Shown: positions 39,601 through 49,655 of the stretch, in pieces
Layout of the letters: every line of letters starts with the position of its first letter
Position numbering within the stretch: the stretch's first letter is position 1
NCBI GenBank assembly: GCA_018394315.1
Contig: CP074575.1
Span: forward strand, 1,054,001 to 1,116,614
Length of the DNA: 62,614 bases
Direction: 5' to 3'
Origin: Mycoplasmatota bacterium
Lineage (GTDB): Bacteria; Bacillota_I; Bacilli_A; MAG-NZ
Program-made: the position numbers and the translations under genes
The notes under the pieces: generated by a model
Seen by the model: the letters and a program-made list of their open reading frames with translations, nothing else
Told to the model about the DNA's origin: nothing
The model's database searches: none

Positions 39601-41449
39601 TGATATTGCATCGAATGAAGTGATGGTAGAGGTAAACGCTGACTTACAAGCTCCAAGTCCGACTGAATCATTATTCTTTAATATTACTGATGTAACAATC
39701 ACATTTGATGAAGAATCAAAATTATCTACTGATGATGGAGAAACTTGGACTGAGCTTTCAAGTGGTTTAACACATAATCTTTCTGGATTAATTGAAGGAA
39801 CTCATGATATTCTAGTTTCGGATGTTTTAGGTAATGTATCAGATACTTTAGTAGTTACAATTGATTTAACTGACCCTCTAATAAGTGTAAATAGAATTGA
39901 TGATATTTATCATATAAATGTTGTAGAAACTAATCTTGCAACTATAACGATAACTAAAGATGGACAACCTTACACACCTGTAACTCAATCGCAAATTAGC
40001 GAAGAAGGTACTTATGTTATTATTGCAGAAGATTCAGCCGGAAATTCCGCTACATATAATTTAGTTACAGATTATCAAGGGCCTGTTATTTCTAATACTG
40101 ATCTTCTAATATCAACTGATACATTTACTTTGAATACAGATGAAGCGTTTGTAGCCTATTCATTAAATAATGGAAGTAATTGGGTAGATATAACACCTAG
40201 TGCAAGTGTTGTAATATCAGGACTTAGTGATACAACTTATACAATTGTTGCGAAAGACACTGTAGGAAATGTATCATCTACATCTTATACTGTAAGAGTT
40301 TCAGCTAAAAATCCGACAATTACTAATATAGGGAATGAGATAATCAATGTATTAACTCAAACAATAACAGCAAGTGAAGTATTTAATGAAATCTCAATAG
40401 ATGATGGAATTACTTGGTTGGGTGTTAGTGAAACTACTAGTTACACTGTTGATTTAGTAGTTGGGATTAATAAGGTAAAAGTTAAAGATTTAGATGGAAA
40501 CATTTCAGCACCGTTTATAATAACTGTAGATCAAACTCTACCAGTTATCACCAATACTAATAATGTTTTCAGTACAACAACAATAACTGTAACTGCTGAT
40601 GAAGAGTTTAATAGCATCTCGCTAAGTAATGGTCTTGCTTGGGAGGATATTTCGCCAACTACCAGTTACATTGTAAGTGGGTTACCTGAAAATACGTATA
40701 TATATGTTAAAGTAAAAGATATTGCTACTAATGAATCACTATCAAAACGTTTCTATATAGATACGGTAGATCCACAAATTCAAGTTTATCCTAATGCTGA
40801 ATACTATTTCTTTGAATGTAGTGGAGAGTCATATTCCGATGGAATATGTACAGTTACCGCAACAAAAGCTGGTTCGCCTTATGTGATGGATACAGGTAAT
40901 AAGATTAGTGAAGATGGAACTTACATTGTTACAGCAACTGACGCAGCTGGTAATGCAAGTTCTGTTGAAGTGACAATTAACATTAATCCACCAGTTATTA
41001 ATCCGTTCCCTGAGTGGACAAATAGTGGCGTGATTACATTATCAGCAAATGAAGAGTTTGTTGCTTATTCGATTAATAGTACAACAAACTGGACAAGCGT
41101 TGCTTCAACAACATCTTATGCGCTAGACAGTCTTGGAGAAGGTATATTCTATATTAGAGTTAAAGATAGTGAAGGTAATATGTCAGATTCGGTTGCTCTA
41201 AGAATTGATAGATCGGACCCAATGATATTTAACTCAAAGAATGGAAATCAGTATGAAGTAACAGTTAATGAGTACTTAAGTACATTTACAGTTACAAAAG
41301 GTGGAGAAGAAATTGAATCTCGAAGCAATACTGAAGTTGATCTCAGCCAGCCATTTATAATTACTGTAAATGATACGTATGAAATCACAGCTACCGATGT
41401 AGCAGGTAATAGTACAACTCAAACGTTGACTATTAATGATTTAACTTAG
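36650..41449 (+). CDS. 1599-aa surface lipoprotein/adhesin with DUF5011 Ig domains, FG-GAP propeller and repeated Ig-like domains
   Basis: Lipobox ISGC; CVDNYD...YTATDSSGN repeats; FG.SVSI.G.Y.VVGA repeats; multiple D.AGN Ig ends; SSSGGGGSSTPPP linker. Confidence 0.88.
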   Translation: MKIRKYLTTFLLFLFVFIISGCGNDDLVIKEASTIKDIEVKGDLIISKKVGDGDIFIENVTVLGETIVEGGGENSVHFTNCSLIRLRINREDGPVRVTLEGETTVEEVQGESKNIIVENKSFHSIKKLIILNKKNDDQNVAVQGVFDNVDVSSNVNLTLRAGTEIEMLETDSEVENEVVLILEEDSSINNSLFNSEVSVRGSGSLRRVRVNNEEIELNIIVEEIVIEEGVSKITVNDVSYDEEEIKTNTRDNGFHAPKPPVIEVSKMLVEVEVGSEVIYPDIYCDNNGVSCDAIISGSVDSEKIGEYNFTASYKNDLGVTVVPFVIKVIDTKEPKINIEGEDNITLEVGSEYTESNVTCVDNYDEECSITTEGSVNPNIIGEYKIIYTATDSSGNIAQKIKYIEVVDSEAPEIVLNGDASLSVYIGSDFSDPGATCTDNYDESCEVSISGEVDTATTGTYTLTYSATDSSGNSTVVERIVIVKVKKSSSGGGGSSTPPPQPALTILNTASAISSSSLEVTTNIDFVGVIISDSSIDINNIAEDDWTSVDVTNSYTFNNLADDYYEVVVRDSSKKISNKYTLTVDTTDPIINVTRIDNYTRTFNEPLAKNYGLDVDMDSDYIVVGAPSLASSGGVHVYKVSDENYHREIVTSSGLVDINFGFSVSIEDQYIVVGANNDSINGPNAGLVFVYNVNDLSERIVSSSTPNDYDMFGNSVSASGDYFIIGAPSNSSSSGYAMLYKFSDPSYERKIVPSNSMNGDDFGCSVAIDGDNIVVTAKNIDDEVTAFIYKVSDELYEREIESAYAGYAIYATPSVTIDGDYFAIGALNDNDKASGAGAVYVYKFSDSSYEDKIMGSDSIENDYFGSNVSLDGNNLLVSAIGQNSNSGKVYLYHLDDSSFEQQFTAETVSNNDYYGRGLKINGNNILVGVNKAEEGFVELKPINTGYYVEVLETNISSTSITKDGLDYSLEGDYIKETGEYVITITDIASNEVMVEVNADLQAPSPTESLFFNITDVTITFDEESKLSTDDGETWTELSSGLTHNLSGLIEGTHDILVSDVLGNVSDTLVVTIDLTDPLISVNRIDDIYHINVVETNLATITITKDGQPYTPVTQSQISEEGTYVIIAEDSAGNSATYNLVTDYQGPVISNTDLLISTDTFTLNTDEAFVAYSLNNGSNWVDITPSASVVISGLSDTTYTIVAKDTVGNVSSTSYTVRVSAKNPTITNIGNEIINVLTQTITASEVFNEISIDDGITWLGVSETTSYTVDLVVGINKVKVKDLDGNISAPFIITVDQTLPVITNTNNVFSTTTITVTADEEFNSISLSNGLAWEDISPTTSYIVSGLPENTYIYVKVKDIATNESLSKRFYIDTVDPQIQVYPNAEYYFFECSGESYSDGICTVTATKAGSPYVMDTGNKISEDGTYIVTATDAAGNASSVEVTININPPVINPFPEWTNSGVITLSANEEFVAYSINSTTNWTSVASTTSYALDSLGEGIFYIRVKDSEGNMSDSVALRIDRSDPMIFNSKNGNQYEVTVNEYLSTFTVTKGGEEIESRSNTEVDLSQPFIITVNDTYEITATDVAGNSTTQTLTINDLT

Positions 41450-41459
41450 TAAGTATAAA

Positions 41460-41486
41460 TGGGTCTCACAATGTGGGGCCCAATTT
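41460..41486 (+). terminator. Hairpin after the adhesin gene
   Basis: TGGGTCTCACA-A-TGTGGGGCCCA stem; weak T-tail. Confidence 0.5.
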
Positions 41487-41540
41487 ATAAGAAATTGAAA
41501 TAGTTTATAGCATTGTGTAGAATAAGGTAAGGGGGAGATT

Positions 41541-44500
41541 ATGCGAAAAACAGATGATATTTTGATAGCTAATGGTAATGTTGATATATTACTGAATAAT
41601 TTTGATATAACTTTATCTGGTAACCCTAGTTATACAACTATTATTGGCCGTGCTGGGTACGGGAAGAGTTATTTAATGTCTTTTCACGAGGATTTCTTTT
41701 CTAACAATGCTGTCTTCATAAGTAGTAAATGTAGTAAGTTTGGGGAAATGTATATTCAGATAGTTGGTCGTTTGTTAGGAGAAGTAGCTAATCATATATA
41801 CAAGATGCCTAAGCAAGATTATGATTTGGTAAGAAAAGGTATTGAAGAACGCCATACGAAAGACTTAGAGATTTTAGCTTTAGTTTCTCCTTATTTTACT
41901 GAACTAATCACATCTTTACGGAAGAAAAGAGAAATCATAACAAAACATAAACGTGAAGATGTTTTAGATGTAGTCACTCGGGTATTCAATACTTTATCAC
42001 AATATTTATTTCCACTTGTGATATTTGTTGATGACTTACAATGGGCAGATTCTACTTCAATAACTATTTTTGAAAGTATATTTAAGAATGAAAATAATAT
42101 ATATTTGATTTTCGCTATTAGAGAAGAAGAAATTGGTGAAGATCATTTATCTAGTCCTTTCTTTGATGAGAAGAACATTATTAGATTAAATTGTTTCAGT
42201 CAAGATGATACGAAGGAATATCTAGAAAAGATCTTTGAGAATAAAGAATTTGTTGATTTTGATAAGATTGTAAATTCATTAACTTCTTTAACTAGTGGAA
42301 TTCCATTTTATTTACAACTAGTTCTTAATGAATATTTAGATAAGAGAGTCATTTCAATAAGTGACAGAGTGAATTTTGATTTAAGTAAGATAGAGAATAT
42401 TTCTTTTGATGAATCATATCAAGGATTAATAATAGAAAAAGTGGAAAGATTATCTCATGATGAACGGTATGCGCTAAATATACTTTCTTGCTGTGAAAGA
42501 GATATGAGAATAGACTTATTAAAAGAATTTGGTGTTAAGGAGTCGGCAATTACAAGTTTGTTGAATCAAGTTCTATTTTCAAGTAAAAACGAAACAGTTA
42601 ACGTTAGTCACGATATTATAAGATATGCTGTACATGATTTGATGGGGGTAAAGACTAATCAAAAATTGTGTTTACATATCCTATGTAGTCTACCAGAAGA
42701 CTATCAGGATGAATCTTTTAAGACATTCTTAATTCTAAGAGCTGATAAATTAGATTTGTTAGATGATGATTGTAGTAACATCATTGAAGTAATATATAAC
42801 CAAGCTCAAATAGCTAAGGAATTAGCTGATTTAGATTATGCGGCTGAATTATTAGAACTGGGGATATTTCTAATTACAAATAGTCATAAGAATCAGAAAT
42901 TATTATTTGATATTAGATTGGATTTAATGGAATGTGAATTTATTAGAATTAATGTCTCAACATCAAAAAAAATGTACAGTGATTTACTTAGAGAATACCC
43001 TGATAAAGTAATCGATATTAAAAGCAGGTATATTAGTTTTTACGCATTTAATGCTGAATGGGAAAATGTGTTGGAACTAGGTAAGGATATTTTAGATAAC
43101 TTAAACTTCAAACTGAGATCTAAGGTTTCATTAATTGATTTATTAAACTATATGAGGTTTTATACATATAGAAAAGTAAAGAATCTTTCAAAACTTCCTC
43201 TTTTAAAAGACAAGAGAATGTTATCGATAATAAATATTTTAACCGTTATGATTCCTGCAAGTAATCGAATCGATATTAGATTATTCAACGCTATCTCAAT
43301 GAAATTAGCAGTTTTAGTGGTTAAATATGGAATAAGTCCATTTTCGGCGATTGGATTATCTATGGGAAGTCTAATTCAATACTTTGTGCTTCACAATGAA
43401 ACTAAGGGAAATATGATTCAAAAGTATACAATGAAGATTCTTAACGATAATTTACTGGAACAAAAACGTTCTATTCCATATGCTTTGTTAGGAACATTTA
43501 CATATCATTGGAGTAATTCTTTCAGTGATACATTGGATTTACTAGCTAAATCAAATGAGTATAGTCATGTAGATAATGAATTTTTATTTAGTAATTATGC
43601 TTTAGTTTTTTCAATAATTACTAGCTATGTTAAAGGAGACAAACTTGATAGTATATTAGAATTTATTAATAATTTTAATAGAAAAAAGAGTCGATTGGAA
43701 GATTATTTGCTGAAGCATATGTTTCAGTTATATATTGATCATATTCATTATCTTAAGACTGGTGAAGTAGTCAATAGTTTTAGTCTCGATCAAAGAAAGA
43801 GTTCCTTTTACGATACAATAGTACTTAATTACGATATGTTAAGAGTTCATCAGTTGTATATTACAGGTAATTATAAAGAAGCGTATAACCTTTCAAATAG
43901 GATTGATAGATTAGTTTGGGCTCATGATGGATTTATTCTAAATGGATCTTTTGCGTTTTATAGTTGTTTATCTAGAATTGCTTACCATAATCTATCTGCA
44001 GATAAGAAAGGTAATTTACGCATTATAAAAAAACTAATGAATTACTTAAAACGTTGGCATGATAGAGATAATATAAATCATCAGGTAAGATATAGAATTG
44101 CAAGCGTAGAATTTGAAAGGGTGATTAATAAACGAGCTGGTTATGAAAAGGAGATTAATAGTATTATTGAATTAGTTAATGGTACTAGTAATTATCAACT
44201 TATTGCGACTGTTAATTTAGTAGCAAGTAGATATTATAAATACAGTCAAAAACTTGCAGAATTATACTTAGGTGATACAAAAAGCGCATTTAAATTATGG
44301 GGTGCTGATTATGTAGCTAGTATTTATGATGACGGAAAAGTAGATGAATATGAAGAGAAAAGAACTAGAGAAGTCATTAACCAAAATGTACTAGAAAGTA
44401 TTAAACAATACTCTAGGATGAGTGAACAAGAAATATATAATTATTATGTTGATTATATTTTTCAAAATACTAATGTTACTCGGTGCATAATATGCATAGA

Positions 44501-44996
44501 AAGAAATGAGTATCTACACGTAAAATATTCTTTCAATAGTGATGGTTATAAAGTACATAATATGGTTAATATTAATCACTTCGATGATTTACCACACAGA
44601 GATTTACGCTTTGTTTTACGTACTGGGTTACCAGTAAATATTAGTAAGTTCATTTGCTTACCACTAAAGCAAGATGAAATACTAGGTGGTGTAATATATT
44701 TTGAATGTAGAGATGGATATGACTATGATTTTATTACTGATATAGTGAACGGGTATTTACCTGTTAAAGAATCAATAAAACCTACTGAGATGGTTGAAAA
44801 AGTTATTTTAACGAAGAGAGAAATTGAGATTATAATACTTGCAAGCGAAGGAAAGTCAAACAAGAGTATAAGTGATAAGTTATTTGTCACAGTTGGAACT
44901 GTGAGAAACCATTTGAGCAGTATTTATAGTAAAATGGGAGTTAGTAATAGAGTTCAAGCAATTATAGTTGCTAAGGAAATGGGATTGCTAAAATAA
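41541..44996 (+). CDS. AAA_16-type ATPase with a C-terminal LuxR HTH (large transcriptional regulator)
   Basis: GRAGYGKS, PLVIFVDDLQWAD, TSGIPFY, C-terminal LTKREIEII...GKSNKSISDKLFVTVGTVRNHLSSIYSKMGVSNRVQA. Confidence 0.88.
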   Translation: MRKTDDILIANGNVDILLNNFDITLSGNPSYTTIIGRAGYGKSYLMSFHEDFFSNNAVFISSKCSKFGEMYIQIVGRLLGEVANHIYKMPKQDYDLVRKGIEERHTKDLEILALVSPYFTELITSLRKKREIITKHKREDVLDVVTRVFNTLSQYLFPLVIFVDDLQWADSTSITIFESIFKNENNIYLIFAIREEEIGEDHLSSPFFDEKNIIRLNCFSQDDTKEYLEKIFENKEFVDFDKIVNSLTSLTSGIPFYLQLVLNEYLDKRVISISDRVNFDLSKIENISFDESYQGLIIEKVERLSHDERYALNILSCCERDMRIDLLKEFGVKESAITSLLNQVLFSSKNETVNVSHDIIRYAVHDLMGVKTNQKLCLHILCSLPEDYQDESFKTFLILRADKLDLLDDDCSNIIEVIYNQAQIAKELADLDYAAELLELGIFLITNSHKNQKLLFDIRLDLMECEFIRINVSTSKKMYSDLLREYPDKVIDIKSRYISFYAFNAEWENVLELGKDILDNLNFKLRSKVSLIDLLNYMRFYTYRKVKNLSKLPLLKDKRMLSIINILTVMIPASNRIDIRLFNAISMKLAVLVVKYGISPFSAIGLSMGSLIQYFVLHNETKGNMIQKYTMKILNDNLLEQKRSIPYALLGTFTYHWSNSFSDTLDLLAKSNEYSHVDNEFLFSNYALVFSIITSYVKGDKLDSILEFINNFNRKKSRLEDYLLKHMFQLYIDHIHYLKTGEVVNSFSLDQRKSSFYDTIVLNYDMLRVHQLYITGNYKEAYNLSNRIDRLVWAHDGFILNGSFAFYSCLSRIAYHNLSADKKGNLRIIKKLMNYLKRWHDRDNINHQVRYRIASVEFERVINKRAGYEKEINSIIELVNGTSNYQLIATVNLVASRYYKYSQKLAELYLGDTKSAFKLWGADYVASIYDDGKVDEYEEKRTREVINQNVLESIKQYSRMSEQEIYNYYVDYIFQNTNVTRCIICIERNEYLHVKYSFNSDGYKVHNMVNINHFDDLPHRDLRFVLRTGLPVNISKFICLPLKQDEILGGVIYFECRDGYDYDFITDIVNGYLPVKESIKPTEMVEKVILTKREIEIIILASEGKSNKSISDKLFVTVGTVRNHLSSIYSKMGVSNRVQAIIVAKEMGLLK

Positions 44997-45005
44997 GTGT
45001 GATAA

Positions 45006-45190
45006 GGTTCTGTTGAAACAAAAATATAAGCACTCTATCATTATCTGCTTTGGAAGGTTCTATTGCAAATAATATAGATAATTAAACCTAAGTTCAAATC
45101 TTTGATTGTTATACAATATAAAATATCTGATTGATTAAATTGATCTCATCAGATATTTTTCTTATATTTGCTAGTCCCTTGCGAATCATA
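45006..45190 (-). mobile_element. IS6 end remnant(s)
   Basis: IR-like GGTTCTGTTGAAA (45006) and GGTTCTATTGCAAA (45056); AAATATCTGATTGATTAAATTGATCTCATCAGATA matches 8541-8575. Confidence 0.8.
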
Positions 45191-45433
45191 AGTGATGTTA
45201 TTATGAGTTGCTGTTAACAAGAGCCGATTTCATTCCAATGATTAATAATTTCTAATTAGAAATGTTTATTCCACTATTTAAAGACTTTCATATATTTTTT
45301 GTTGTGTAATCAAAATTATTGATTGTTTTCATCTCATAATCTTTTTAAACAAAAAATCAGCTTGTTAAATGGTACAGAGTTATTGATTTTTCATTCACAT
45401 TTCTTCGATTTACTCAAAATTCAATCTTCTACT

Positions 45434-45637
45434 TTAATGCTTGTAACTGTTGTCATTTAAACTTTCTTTATTTATTCTTTTTTCCTCTGCTATACTCCTT
45501 CCTCCATCATAGTTACTTAAAACTTCAGCAGCTTCAGCAATCTCAACATCAAAGTTTTCATCAACTATTTGATTTTTTACTTTTCTTTTATTTCTCTTTA
45601 CATTTTCATAATTGTCTCTATTTTTTTTATTTTCCAT
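45434..45637 (-). CDS. Small charged protein, weakly YfhD-like
   Basis: SD AGGAGG; basic N-terminus followed by FDVEIAE...RSIAEEKR. Confidence 0.6.
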   Translation of the reverse strand: MENKKNRDNYENVKRNKRKVKNQIVDENFDVEIAEAAEVLSNYDGGRSIAEEKRINKESLNDNSYKH

Positions 45638-45743
45638 GTGCATTCCTCCTAATTATTTACAACTTATTTTTTGTACTTTGTGTCAAGATATACAATAATA
45701 AGCCTTTTGTCATTTCTTGATTAGCTTCTTACTTTAGTTAAAG

Positions 45744-47096
45744 CTAGAATGTGGTAATTCTTATGAATAGAATATAGGCGATTATCATCGGAATCACGTA
45801 GCGTAGTAAGAAAATTGATGTTTTTGTAAACTTATATTTGATTCCACCTGATTCTATTTCGTCAATTATAGCTCTTGGTTTTAATATCCATCCAATAAAT
45901 ATACTTAGTAATAGGGTACTAATTGGTAATATAGCGTAGTCAAGCGACCAATCAATAAAATCAAATAATGAGCGGCCATTTGAAATGAATCCTAAATCAC
46001 TAAGTATATGTCCACCTACTGATAAGGAAGCACTTATTCCAATAATTACAACAATTGCTCCAATAATACCAGTTGCAGCCTTACGTCTAATTTTTGTTTT
46101 GTTTGTGATTGTTGTAATTAATACTTCAAACATTGATATCGAAGATGTTAGTGCTGCAAAAACTAGTAGGATGAAGAACAAGAATGAAAAGAATGCGCCA
46201 AATGGCATTGAGTTAAATACAAGTGGAAGTGTGATGAACACTAAGCCTGGCCCTGCTCCTGGATTTTGATTAAAAGCAAACACTGCTGGGAATACAGCAA
46301 ATCCAGCTAATATTGCTACAAATGTATCTGCGAAAATAACTTGTCTTGATATTGACTGTAGATCTTCTTGCTTATCTATGTATATTCCATATGTAAGCAT
46401 TGCTCCAAGTCCAATACCTATAGAGAATAAAGCTTGGACTAATGCCGCACTCCATACATTAATATTATAGATTTGACTCCAATCAGGCTTTAAGAAAAAC
46501 CTTATTCCAGTTTGGCTACCAGTTAATGTTAAACTTCTGATTACTAAAACTATTAACACACCAAGAAGTAATGGCATAGCAAATTTTGAAAATTTTTCAA
46601 TTCCACCTTGAATACCTCTTAATACAATAACTAAATTAGCTACAATAAAAACTAACTGTGGTATTATAGTGCTTTTTGATGTTATAAAGTTTATGAAAAA
46701 ATCAGATGCGTTGACTGTCGTTATTTGATTTAATCCTCCAGTTAGAGATATTATTGCATAATAAAGAGCCCATCCAGCAATACCTGTATAGATAGCAAGA
46801 AGGATAAAAGAACCCAAAACTCCTGGGATACCCATTGCAGAATATTTTTTTCCTTTTGCCTTAAAAGCATCAATAGGGTTTGTTCTTGACTTACGACCAA
46901 CTGCAAATTCAGCAGTTAGTAAAGGATATCCAATGATAGAAACAATAATTAGATAGACTATGATAAAGGCAGCACCTCCGTTGCTACCTGCCATATATGG
47001 AAATTTCCATATATTTCCTAACCCTACTGCGCAACCTGCAGCAGCGGCAATTACACCGAGTTTAGAGGAAAATGACTCTGTTTCTCGTTTATTCAT
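45744..47096 (-). CDS. Sodium-dependent transporter, NSS/SNF family
   Basis: AVGLGNIWKFPY..NGGAAF, GIEK, GPGLVFITLP, AALTSSISMFE. Confidence 0.95.
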   Translation of the reverse strand: MNKRETESFSSKLGVIAAAAGCAVGLGNIWKFPYMAGSNGGAAFIIVYLIIVSIIGYPLLTAEFAVGRKSRTNPIDAFKAKGKKYSAMGIPGVLGSFILLAIYTGIAGWALYYAIISLTGGLNQITTVNASDFFINFITSKSTIIPQLVFIVANLVIVLRGIQGGIEKFSKFAMPLLLGVLIVLVIRSLTLTGSQTGIRFFLKPDWSQIYNINVWSAALVQALFSIGIGLGAMLTYGIYIDKQEDLQSISRQVIFADTFVAILAGFAVFPAVFAFNQNPGAGPGLVFITLPLVFNSMPFGAFFSFLFFILLVFAALTSSISMFEVLITTITNKTKIRRKAATGIIGAIVVIIGISASLSVGGHILSDLGFISNGRSLFDFIDWSLDYAILPISTLLLSIFIGWILKPRAIIDEIESGGIKYKFTKTSIFLLRYVIPMIIAYILFIRITTF

Positions 47097-47570
47097 AAAT
47101 ACCACCTTGATCATAATTTATACTAGAAGTCATACTTATGTATCCTATAGAGAAAAATTCATAAATAATAAATCATAAATTAGCATATAAAAACCATTAA
47201 CATATTCAAGTCATAGTTTATAACTATTTTTTTAAAAACACGTTTTACATGACAGCGTATTAATGATTGCCTCTAATGTATTCATGTAACATTATATTGT
47301 CCCCAATCTGAAAAAAAAATGTTCATTTTTTTGTTTTTATTTTTATAGAGAAATGATTTATGGAATTAATATAAAGGGACTAGATGATATCAATGAATTG
47401 ACTAATTATCTATTTGCTTACGGAAGGAGGATATATAAGTCGAATATAGATTTAAACACATTTACATAATTGATGCCAATTTATCTTAAACATCACTAAG
47501 TAGAAAGAAATAAGTAAATACTATATTGAATAGAAACACTCTATTTTGACCTCTTTGGAACAATAGTTAC

Positions 47571-47788
47571 TTGAACATCATATAATAGTGTGTTATCATA
47601 CTAATAGAATTCAAGAAGGAGGAGTCATTTAATGAATATAGGTAACAATAAAATCCGTTTTTATGTTTAATAATTTAATATTAACTCTACCAAGTGTGGA
47701 GTAAGCGGAATTGTCTACCTTATTTTAAATGCTCAAAATTCATTGTTATAAGTGAAAATTGAAGAGGGACGAAACTGTCCTTTTTATT
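47571..47788 (+). promoter_or_regulatory. hflX leader: promoter, leader peptide and attenuator terminator
   Basis: TTGAAC-N17-TATCAT with extended TG; SD AAGGAGGAG + uORF 47632-47670 (MNIGNNKIRFYV); terminator AGGGAC-GAAACT-GTCCTTTTT at 47765-47785. Confidence 0.75.
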
Positions 47789-47941
47789 GTTTGAATTCTA
47801 TATCTATATTTTTTGTTATGAGTTGATACTTGTTACATTAATCCAAATTTCAAACAGTATTTTTAATGGTATTTTTGATTATTTCTGTTTACTTAACACA
47901 GGTAGATTACTTGTGTTTTATTTTTGTAAATGGAGGTTTAT

Positions 47942-49183
47942 ATGGAAAGAAAAGAAAAAGCATTATTAGTCGGCGTAAGTTTGAATAATCAAGAGATATT
48001 AAGATCGATGGATGAATTATCAAACTTAGCTAGGGCGTGTAATATAGAGGTTGTAGGTACAATTACTCAAAACCTAAATAGAATTAACGTTTCTCATTAC
48101 ATAGGAACAGGAAAAGTTAGCGAAGTACATGAGTTAGTAAGAGAAAGATCTGTTGAAATTGTAGTATTTGATGATGAATTGTCACCTACTCAGATTCGTA
48201 ATTTGGAGGATGCTTTAGGTTGTAGAGTATTAGATCGAACAGTTCTTATTTTAGATATCTTTGCAAAAAGAGCAAAGACCAAAGAGGCGAAGTTGCAAGT
48301 TGAGATTGCAAGGTTAAATTATATGCTACCACGCCTGGTTGGTCAAAACGAATCACTTGGACGACAAAGTGGTGGTGTTGGAACCTACAATAAGGGTAGT
48401 GGTGAGAAGAAACTTGAGTTAGACCGTAGAGGTATTAAGCAAAAAATCAATAAATTAAGCAAGGAACTAGCGTTATTAGTGTCGAGAAGAAAAAATCAAC
48501 GTAAACAACGTCAAAAGAATGAAATACCAGTGGTATCATTAGTAGGTTATACTAATGCAGGTAAATCAACTGTAATGAATGCGCTACTAAATCTTTATAA
48601 TCCTAATACTAAAACTGTATATGAGGAAGATATGTTGTTTGCAACACTAGAAACTTCTGTTAGAAACATCAAGCTACCAGATAACAAGTCTTTCTTATTA
48701 ACAGATACCGTAGGATTTATTAGTAAATTACCTCACCATCTTATAAAGGCATTTCGTTCTACTTTAGAAGAGGTTAAAGAGTCAGACTTGCTTATTCATG
48801 TTGTGGATTTATCAAATCCTGATTATATGGAACAAGTACTTGTTACTGAAAATACTTTGAAAGAACTTGGTATAAAAGATATACCAGTTATATATGTATA
48901 TAATAAAATTGATCTTGTAGATAATTTTAGTGAATCTGAAGGAGTGCATATTTCAGCGAAAAATAAAATAGGAATTGATATCTTAATAGAAGAGATAAAG
49001 AAAAGAGTTTTAACAAACTACACGCATTGTAAGATGTTGATACCATATAATAATGGCGATACTTTATCTTACTTATTAGATAATGCGAATATTCTATCCA
49101 CTTCTTATGAAGATGATGGTACTTTAATTGCCTTAGAATGTAAGGAGTCTGATTATCACAAATACAAAAGGTATATAATGTAA
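47942..49183 (+). CDS. hflX: Ribosome-splitting GTPase HflX (probably HflXr-type)
   Basis: ELSPTQIRNLE, ILDIFAKRAKTKEAKLQVE, GYTNAGKST, LFATL, DTVGF, NKID. Confidence 0.95.
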   Translation: MERKEKALLVGVSLNNQEILRSMDELSNLARACNIEVVGTITQNLNRINVSHYIGTGKVSEVHELVRERSVEIVVFDDELSPTQIRNLEDALGCRVLDRTVLILDIFAKRAKTKEAKLQVEIARLNYMLPRLVGQNESLGRQSGGVGTYNKGSGEKKLELDRRGIKQKINKLSKELALLVSRRKNQRKQRQKNEIPVVSLVGYTNAGKSTVMNALLNLYNPNTKTVYEEDMLFATLETSVRNIKLPDNKSFLLTDTVGFISKLPHHLIKAFRSTLEEVKESDLLIHVVDLSNPDYMEQVLVTENTLKELGIKDIPVIYVYNKIDLVDNFSESEGVHISAKNKIGIDILIEEIKKRVLTNYTHCKMLIPYNNGDTLSYLLDNANILSTSYEDDGTLIALECKESDYHKYKRYIM

Positions 49184-49243
49184 ATATATTAGATCGAACT
49201 TTCTTTATTCTAAGTCAAATATAGGGAACAAATAAGCAATGAT

Positions 49244-49278
49244 TAAGTACCGTTCAAAAATGGACGGTACTTATTTTG
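49244..49278 (+). terminator. Intrinsic terminator after hflX
   Basis: TAAGTACCGTTC / GGACGGTACTTA stem + TTTT. Confidence 0.75.
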
Positions 49279-49655
49279 TATATAGCGTAGAGAGGATATA
49301 GAAGTAGTGTTATTTATTTCCGAACATATTGAATCTTATAATGTTATAAGAAATTTTTTTAGTGATTATATTTTATGCTCTTTATATATGATATTAATAG
49401 TATGATAATATTATAAAAGGTTTCCAAAAAGTCTTTTTTTGCAAGGGGACTATAATTTCTTCTGTAGATTGTGGTGGATTCATTAAATGGATAAATCACT
49501 TTTTTAATAACTAAAAGTCTTTTATATCTCATATCTCCCATTTATTTACAGGTTTTTGTCAATTATTGTATGAATAAGGTTTAATTTATTGAATATTTAT
49601 GGTAAATTTATAATAAGCGCATTAATATGAACTGAGGGTCATGGAGGTACAAAAT

